Origin: Eledone cirrhosa | Taxonomy: Eukaryota | Assembly: GCA_964016885.1 (NCBI GenBank) | Contig: OZ024740.1 | Span: 426,560,001-426,624,000 of the forward strand | Direction of reading: 5' to 3' | Length of the DNA stretch: 64,000 nt | Shown here: piece by piece, positions 56,501-64,000 of the stretch | Numbering within the stretch: position 1 is the stretch's first letter | Layout: each line of letters starts with the position of its first letter | Made by a program: the position numbers and the translations under genes | Notes under the pieces: generated by a model | Told to the model about the DNA's origin: nothing | The model's database searches: none | Seen by the model: the letters and a program-made list of their open reading frames with translations, nothing else

Positions 56501-56992
56501 GCCTGGCAGTGCTACCGAGGAGCCTTGCCAGTTCGGGATAAACTCTACAGGCATGGAGGTGCCGTCAGCCGGGCATGTCCGAGATGCGCGCAGGGCGACG
56601 AAACCGTCCTGCACGCACTCGTCCAGTGTCCGAAAATTGCTGACTTGTGGGTTTATGTCGAACACCTGCTGTCGCGTTTAGGACGGATCCGGCTATCATC
56701 TGAGTCCATCGTGAGGATTGCCCCGCCCTCCTCCTTTAGCCGGGAAGGGCAGGCAGTTTTTATCTGTCTGGTGGCCATGGCGAAAGAGATAGTATGGTGG
56801 ACACGTTTGAAAGGGCTGAAGACGAGCACTTACCTCTTCGGTGATGCTCTGATTGACTTTTTCAAATTTCATTTGAAAAGGAAAATCAGAGTAGAGAGGG
56901 AAGTGCTCTCTTCCCAGCATTTTGTTGAAAGATGGGTGAGAGAAGCAAGAATGGCCCGAGTGAATGGGCCTACTCTGAGTATATATCTGTAA
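53582..56992 (+). pseudogene. LINE ORF2p: APE endonuclease + RT + C-terminal Cys/His domain, two in-frame stops
   Basis: Motifs IGSINARG, AISET, VYAP, GDWN, SYLDR, TDH, KSPGLDG, RPITLLN, LDQSKAFDRV, RQ.CPLS, AYADD, CPRC...ETVLHALVQC. TAG at 53624 and TAA at 56096, same frame throughout. Confidence 0.92.
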
Positions 56993-58026
56993 ATTAAAGG
57001 TGGAAAACTGGGAGAGGGCACTTGCCTTGGTGGTCAGGGCCATTGTGGCTTTTTACTGGGCTTTCTCCACAAATGTCCCTCCGAAGTCTCCCCCCCTATT
57101 GGGGAATTTTTCATTGTTATTTTCATTGTTATTTTTGTTACATCCTCTGTTTTTGTTTTTTACACGCAAAAATGCCCATTTGTACCGTCCTGCATTGTCC
57201 TGCACTGTCCTTAATGTCTACTTTATGTAAACCCTTGTGGTTAATAAAGAAATCATTATTGTTATTATTATTATTATTATTATTACTATTATTATTATTA
57301 TTATTTTGCTTTTCTTTGTATATTTTGTTACAATCTTTGGCTGGGTGATTAATTTCTGAGATTGAACAAAATAATCGATTATATAGACATTAGAATATAT
57401 CTGCTATATTTTTATATATATTACCACCATTTAATGGATGAAAAGGGAAACTGCACTCAGCTGGATTTAAATCCCGAAAGTAAAGGGGCGTAACTAACAA
57501 GCCCATACCATTTAGCTGTATGCTACAATGTCCCTGTAAATAAGCCGCCCTTAGAAGTGTTCTATACTTAACGAAACTTCAGAAACCATTCTACTGTGAT
57601 GGAAATTTTGTTTTTAAGCATACAAGTGTTTGCTGGACGACTCTTTGTTTAGTGGGTATATTCCTTTTAACTTTATATATATTCGCTTGAGAAGAAACGA
57701 GTGAGTAGTGACGGATATCATCGACTAAGTCAGCCATGACCAATAGAGGGCTCTGCAGGTATCCATATCAGTAGTACACAAGTGACTGATAATTTTAACT
57801 TGAATAGTTACGCTTGAAAACATTTCGTTGGCAGTCCCTTTTCTCACATATTTTGTCTCAATATGTAAAGTGTCATTAGACATACATACGTACATATATA
57901 CATACATACTGATATAAATACATACGTACATACTGTCATACATATACATACATTCATATATACATACGTACTTATAAATATACACACATACATATATACA
58001 TATATAAATAAATACATACATACATT

Positions 58027-58575
58027 CATGGTGGCTGCCAACTCGTTTTCGAGTACGGCCACTACTTTATATCCATGTAGGAGAACCCCTACCGATGCGC
58101 TGAACGAGTGTGGCTTTTTAGTCCAGCCAGCGACTTGAAAACTCTGGTACAAACACTACACTTGTGACAATTATTGACACATAGTGCTGAGCTCTTGGTA
58201 CCATGTGATGACAAGTGCAGAGAGATCTCCAGATATAAAGCAATGCATGTGCCGTGAAGCTTTTATAGTGAGCAAAGGCACTGCACAAAGCCAGTCCCAC
58301 TCTCTTAACCAAGATGATATTTACCAAAAAGAAGAACAAGTCAACATCATTGGATACCATCAGGGTTGCAGGTGTTATATCAGAGTTTTCCTTCTCCAAG
58401 AATTCTGCCTTGACAAAGGCTAAGGGGTCATCTCTCCCGGTGATTTTAGATGGCCATTGACTCTTAAGAGCTCCTTTGCCATTTGACAGGTTTTGTTTTT
58501 AGTCCTGCAGGTTGCCAGTTTAGTCGCCAACGACCCGATAATGGGACAGGTTGTACTAGGATAATGTTACCAGTA
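58027..58575 (-). mobile_element. Bipartite RTE-derived element, copy 2
   Basis: Reverse complement of 27660-28247 with a ~40-bp internal deletion. Confidence 0.75.
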
Positions 58576-58864
58576 GCACCAACTATGTCAGGTCACATGC
58601 ACATGCATATATATACATACATACGTACATACATACATACGTGCGTACACACATACATACGTACATACATATATACATACACAGTTGTAAAAATGCAGAC
58701 ATATATATACATTTACATGCAAACATGCATAATACATACATACATACATCCATACATGATGCCTGGCCCCTCATTATCGAGTATGGCCAATGCACGATAT
58801 ACTATTATTAATAATTATTAATTAATTCCGTCGTCCAATGCCTGTGCGCAAATAATTTTTTTAA

Positions 58865-59357
58865 GTGAGGAAAGACTATGCACTGAGCCACTCCCACTCT
58901 CTGGGCGACAGTAGCTATAACTCGAAAAGAAGAAAAGATCAACATCATCGGTAACTTCTGACCACAGGTTTTATGTCTGAGTTATCCCAGTTTCCTGAGT
59001 AGCCTTCTCCTAGAATAATTCCCTGACAAAGGCTAGGGGTCCTTCACTCCCGGTGGTTTAATCGGGTGATCGAGTGTCAAGCTCGACTATTTCTATGTCC
59101 CGCGCATATACATACACATGCACCCATGCATATACACATATACATATACACACACATTTACATGTGTATATACATATTTACACACCTTTGGATGGCCGTT
59201 GACTCTTATGAGTTCTTCCGCCCTTTGTCAGGTTTTTTTTTGTCCTGCAGGGTGTCCAAAATCACCCTCCTCACCAAGTAAACTTGGTGGGGTTGCCGGT
59301 TTAGTCGCACACGACCCGACCATGCGACAGGTTGTACTGGGTTACATGTTACCAGTA
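58865..59357 (-). mobile_element. Diverged, interrupted relative of the RTE-derived element
   Basis: 59190-59357 matches the 5' part; 58865-59060 matches the middle part (CCTTCTCCTAG, GACAAAGGCTAGGGGTC). Split by a CA/TA tract. Confidence 0.6.
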
Positions 59358-60339
59358 GTACTCAAGAGTGACCCGACATAACATCTATGTTATATATGTA
59401 TGTACATACATAAATACATACATACGTACATACATACAAACATACATACATACGTACACACATACACACGTACATACATATATACATATATACATACACA
59501 CTTATAAACATGCCGACCAGTGGCTAAGGGTAACCTGGAAAGCAGGGCATGCAGTCCAATCGCCATGGCGGAAAGCGGGGCTGTGCAGCCTTACCCCACG
59601 GCCAATTACCTTTAAATGACTCTCCCGGTCAAAGCCGCATGTAGTGTTATCTATTGTGTGTGTGTGTGTGTTATCTTTTTATGTGTCTAAGATTTAGCAA
59701 GCAGCCAACATTCTGCTTGCTTCAACCGACGCTGTCGTGAGTGTGTGTGTGTGTGTGTGTGTGATATATTTTATGGGTCTACGATATAGTAATCAGCCAA
59801 AATTCTGTTTGCTTCAACCTACGCTGTCATCTGTCTGTGTGTATGTGTGTGTGTGTATTATTTTCTATGTGTCTACGAGTTAGTAAGCAGTCAAAATTCT
59901 GCTTGCTTCAACCTGACGCAATTGATCAACTCAAGATTCTATAACGCATGCACTGCATGCGTTGCATGCACGCACCCTTCGCCCCTGATGCAGACATATA
60001 TATACATATACATGCAAACATGCATAATACATACATACATACAGCCATACATACATACATGTGAAGCAGGCATGACTGTGTAGTTAGTTAAAGGAATTCG
60101 TTTTACAACCATATGACATGGAGTTCAATCTCTCTTGAAAGTTCGAAGACTAACGATTACAAGATAGAACGGCGTGAAAGCCAGAGAAAGATGAAGGAAG
60201 AATAGTTGTATTTAACCGGATAACATATGACAATAAGAAGGCAGTAGCAATAAAGACACCCCTGATAACATATGACAATAAGAAGGCAGCAATAAAGACA
60301 CCACTGATGGTGAAACTTGGTGTTTCTGGAAACTGATAA

Positions 60340-60522
60340 AATAATTGTTTCTACTTTTGGCACAAGGCCAGCAATTATGCCAGTCCATTACTGGTACTTT
60401 ATTTTATCAATCATGCAAGGATGAAAGGCAAAGTTAACCTCGGTGCGATTTGAACTCAGAGCGTAAAGGGATGTAACTCTTTGCTGCAAAGCATGGCGTA
60501 CGACCCTCTACCGATACTGCCA
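60340..60522 (-). mobile_element. tRNA-derived SINE, family A
   Basis: Reverse complement of 43852-44025. Confidence 0.8.
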
Positions 60523-60656
60523 ATCCTAATAGTTCGTTTGAAATTTGTTGTAGTTCGAAACGAACTATTGTGACCGTATGATATATAAGATGGTTCTTCT
60601 AAGGTAATTGAGACTAGAAAGGGGTCGTCGCTTCAACACGACCTTAATAAAAAGTT

Positions 60657-62296
60657 GTTCATCAACTTATAGACCCATAAACTCCTACAGATCAGTGTAT
60701 ATTTCATAAACATCTAGACCCATAAGTTCCCATAGATCAGGGTATATTTCATCAATTTATAGACTCATAAGTTGCCACAGATCAGTGTATATTTCATCAA
60801 CTTATAGACACATTAGTTGCCACAGATCAGTGTATATTTCATCAACTTATAGACACATTAGTTGCCACAGATCAGTGTATATTTCATCAACTTATAGACC
60901 CATAATTTCCCACAGAGCAGTGTATATTTCATAAATTTATAGACTCATAAGTTCCCACACAGATCAGTGTATATTTCATCAACGTATAGACTCATAAGTT
61001 CCCAAAGATCAGTGTATATTTCATCAACATATAGACCCATCTTTTCCCACAGATAAGTGGATATTTTATCACCTTATAGACTCATAAGTTCCCACACAGA
61101 TCAGTGTATATTTCATCAACTTATAGACCCATACGTTTCCACAGATCAGTTTATATTTCATCAACTTATAGAACCCTTAGTTCCCACAGATCAGTGTATA
61201 TTTCCTCAACTTATAGACCCATAAGTTCCAACATATCAGTGTATATTTCATCAACTTATAGACTCATAAGTTCCCACACAGATCAGTGTATATTTCATCA
61301 ACTTATAGACCCATAAGTTCCCACAGATCAGTGTATATTTCATCAACTTATAGACCCATAATTTCCCACAGATCAGTGTATAGTTCATCAACTTATAGAT
61401 CCATAAGTTCCCACAGATCAGTGTATATTTCATCAACTTATAGATCCATAAGTTCCCACAGATCAGTGTATAGTTCATCAATTTATAGACCCATAAGTTC
61501 CCACAGATCAGTGTATAGTTCATCAACTTATAGACCCATAAGTTCCCACAGATCAGTGTATATTTCCTCAACTTATAGACCCATAAGTTCCCACAGATCA
61601 GTGTATAGTTCATCAACTTATAGATCCATAAGTTCCCACAGATCAGTGTATATTTCATCAACTTATAGATTCATAATTTCCCACAGATCAGTGTATAGTT
61701 CATCAACTTATAGATCCATAAGTTCCCACAGATCAGTGTATATTTCATCAACTTATAGATCCATAAGTTCCCACAGATCAGTGTATAGTTCATCAACTTA
61801 TAGACCCATAAGTTCCCACAGATCAGTGTATATTTCCTCAACTTATAGACCCATAAGTTCCCACAAATCAGTGTATATTTCCTCAACTTATAGACACATA
61901 TGTTGCCACAGATCAGTGTATATTTCATCAACTTATAGACCCATAATTTCCCACAGATCAGTGTATATTTCCTCAACTTATAGACCCATAAGTTGCCACA
62001 GATCAGTGTATAGTTCATCAACTTATAGATCCATAAGTTCCCACAGTCAGTGTATAGTTCATCAATTTATAGACCCATAAGTTCCCACAGATCAGCGTAT
62101 AGTTCATCAACTTATAGACCCATAAGTTCCCACAGATCAGTGTATATTTCCTCAACTTATAGACCCATAAGTTCCCACAAATCAGTGTATATTTCCTCAA
62201 CTTATAGACCCATAAGTTGCCACAGATCAGTGTATAGTTCATCAACTTATAGATCCATAAGTTCCCACAGTCAGTGTATAGTTCATCAACTTATCA
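60657..62296. repeat. 45-bp minisatellite, ~36 copies
   Basis: Unit ATCAACTTATAGACCCATAAGTTCCCACAGATCAGTGTATATTTC; left copies diverged, right copies homogeneous. Confidence 0.96.
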
Positions 62297-62349
62297 TAAA
62301 TAACAATATAAACCTGTAACAGAAATAATCACATTAATGGGTAAGTACG

Positions 62350-63646
62350 CACCAACTCCACCACCAACAGCAACAACTGCAACAACAACACCAACAACAA
62401 CAACACCACCAACAACACCACTACCACCACCACCACCAACAACAACAATAACACCAACACCAACACTGCCACCACCACCACCTCCACCACCAACAACAAC
62501 AACTGCAACAACAACAACACCAACAACAACAACACCACCACCAGCAACACCACCAACATCACCACCAGCTCTTCCACCACCACCACCACCACCACCAACA
62601 ACAATAATACCAACACCAACACTGCCACCACCACCACCTCCACCACCAACAACAACAACTGCAACAACAACAACACCAACAACAACAACTGCAACAACAA
62701 CAACACCAACAACAACACCACCACCAGCAACACCACCAACACCACCAACAACACCACCACCACCACCACCTCCACCACCAACAACAACATCTGCAACAAC
62801 AGCAACAACAACAACAACACCACCAATACCACCACCACCACCACCAACAACAACAACAATAACACCAACACCAACACTGCCACCACCACCACCTCCACCA
62901 CCAACAACAACATCTGCAACAACAACAACAACAACACCACCACCAACACCACCACAACCACCACCACCACCACCACCACCAACAATAACACCAACACCAA
63001 CACTGCCACCACCAACAACAACATCTGCAACAACAACAACACCAACAACAACAACACCACCACCAGCAACACCACCAACACCACCAACAACACCACCACC
63101 ACCACCACCACCACCACCACCACCAACAATAACACCAACACCAACACTGCCACCACCACCACCACCACCACCACCACCACCACCAACAATAACACCAACA
63201 CCAACACTGCCACCACCACCACCACCACCACCTCCACCACCAACAACAACAACTGCAACAACAACAACACCAACAACAACAACACCACCACCAGCAACAC
63301 CACCAACATCACCACCAGCTCTTCCACCACCACCACCACCACCACCACCAACAATAATACCAACACCAACACTGCCACCACCACCACCTCCACCACCAAC
63401 AACAACAACTGCAACAACAACAACACCAACAACAACACCACCACCAGCAACACCACCAACATCACCACCAGCTCTTCCACCACCACCACCACCACCACCA
63501 ACAATAATACCAACACCAACACTGCCACTACCACCACCTCCACCACCAACAACAACAACTGCAACAACAACAACTGCAACAACAACAACACCAACAACAA
63601 CACCACCACCAGCAACACCACCAACACCACCAACAACACCACCACC

Positions 63647-63677
<31 letters not shown>

Positions 63678-64000
63678 CCACCACCAGCAACACCACCAAC
63701 ATTACCACCAGCTCTTCCACCACCACCACCACCACCACCACCACCACCACCACCACCACCAACAATAACACCAACACCAACACTGCCACCACCACCACCT
63801 CCACCACCAACAGCAACAACTGCAACAACAACAACACCAACAACAACAACACCACCACCAGCAACACCACCAACATCACCACCAACACTGCCACCACCAC
63901 CACCACCACTACCAACAACAATAACACCAACACCAACACTGCCACCTCCACCACCGCCACCACCAACAACAATAACACCAACACCAACACTGCCACCACC
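62350..64000. repeat. CAC/AAC triplet-based complex tandem repeat (runs off the window)
   Basis: Recurring modules AATAACACCAACACCAACACTGCCACC, AACTGCAAC and CAGCTCTTCC within CAC/AAC runs. Confidence 0.93.

Larger units (their letters stand above)
51226..57254 (+). mobile_element. Full-length Tx1/L1-clade non-LTR retrotransposon in a (TTA)n microsatellite
   Basis: 5'UTR, ORF1, ORF2 and 3'UTR with AATAAA at 57243; (TTA)n on both flanks (51206-51225 and 57255-57304). Confidence 0.92.

Noticed and set aside
60298-60323. Hammerhead-like ACACCA-CTGATGG-T-GAAAC-T-TGGTGT
   Set aside because: Lacks stem II and stem III, and A9 is altered; too degenerate to call.
62329-63999. 556-aa poly-V/L ORF
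   Set aside because: Low-complexity triplet repeat with no domain signal. A Thr/Asn-rich plus-strand exon cannot be excluded but has no support.

Overview
Eukaryotic, repeat-dominated window with no prokaryotic features. The SINE families and the (TA)n/(CA)n density suggest a cephalopod, most likely Octopus; this is from recall, not a database result. Layout: (1) ~1.0-23.1 kb is a single ~22-kb G-poor satellite with a 55-bp unit built on a GTAATATTAC palindrome and 9-bp modules. (2) ~25.9-44.3 kb is a (TA)n-rich zone holding two decayed Penelope-like retroelements (one Neptune-like, one Naiad-like; RT + GIY-YIG) and about ten short fold-back insertions. Many of these carry recognisable type I hammerhead ribozyme folds, and one family has a compensatory U3:A8 core. 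(3) 51.2-57.3 kb is a full-length Tx1/L1-clade LINE inserted in (TTA)n. Its ORF2 has no AUG, but a 53-nt GT-AG intron candidate over the ORF1 stop would fuse ORF1 and ORF2 in frame. (4) Also present: SINEs, a bipartite RTE-derived non-autonomous element (3 copies), a hAT/Charlie MITE, a CR1-type fragment, a 45-bp satellite, CAC/AAC low-complexity arrays, and two candidate host exons at ~49.8-50.2 kb. Most ORFs in the supplied track are microsatellite artefacts. All folds and alignments were done by eye.
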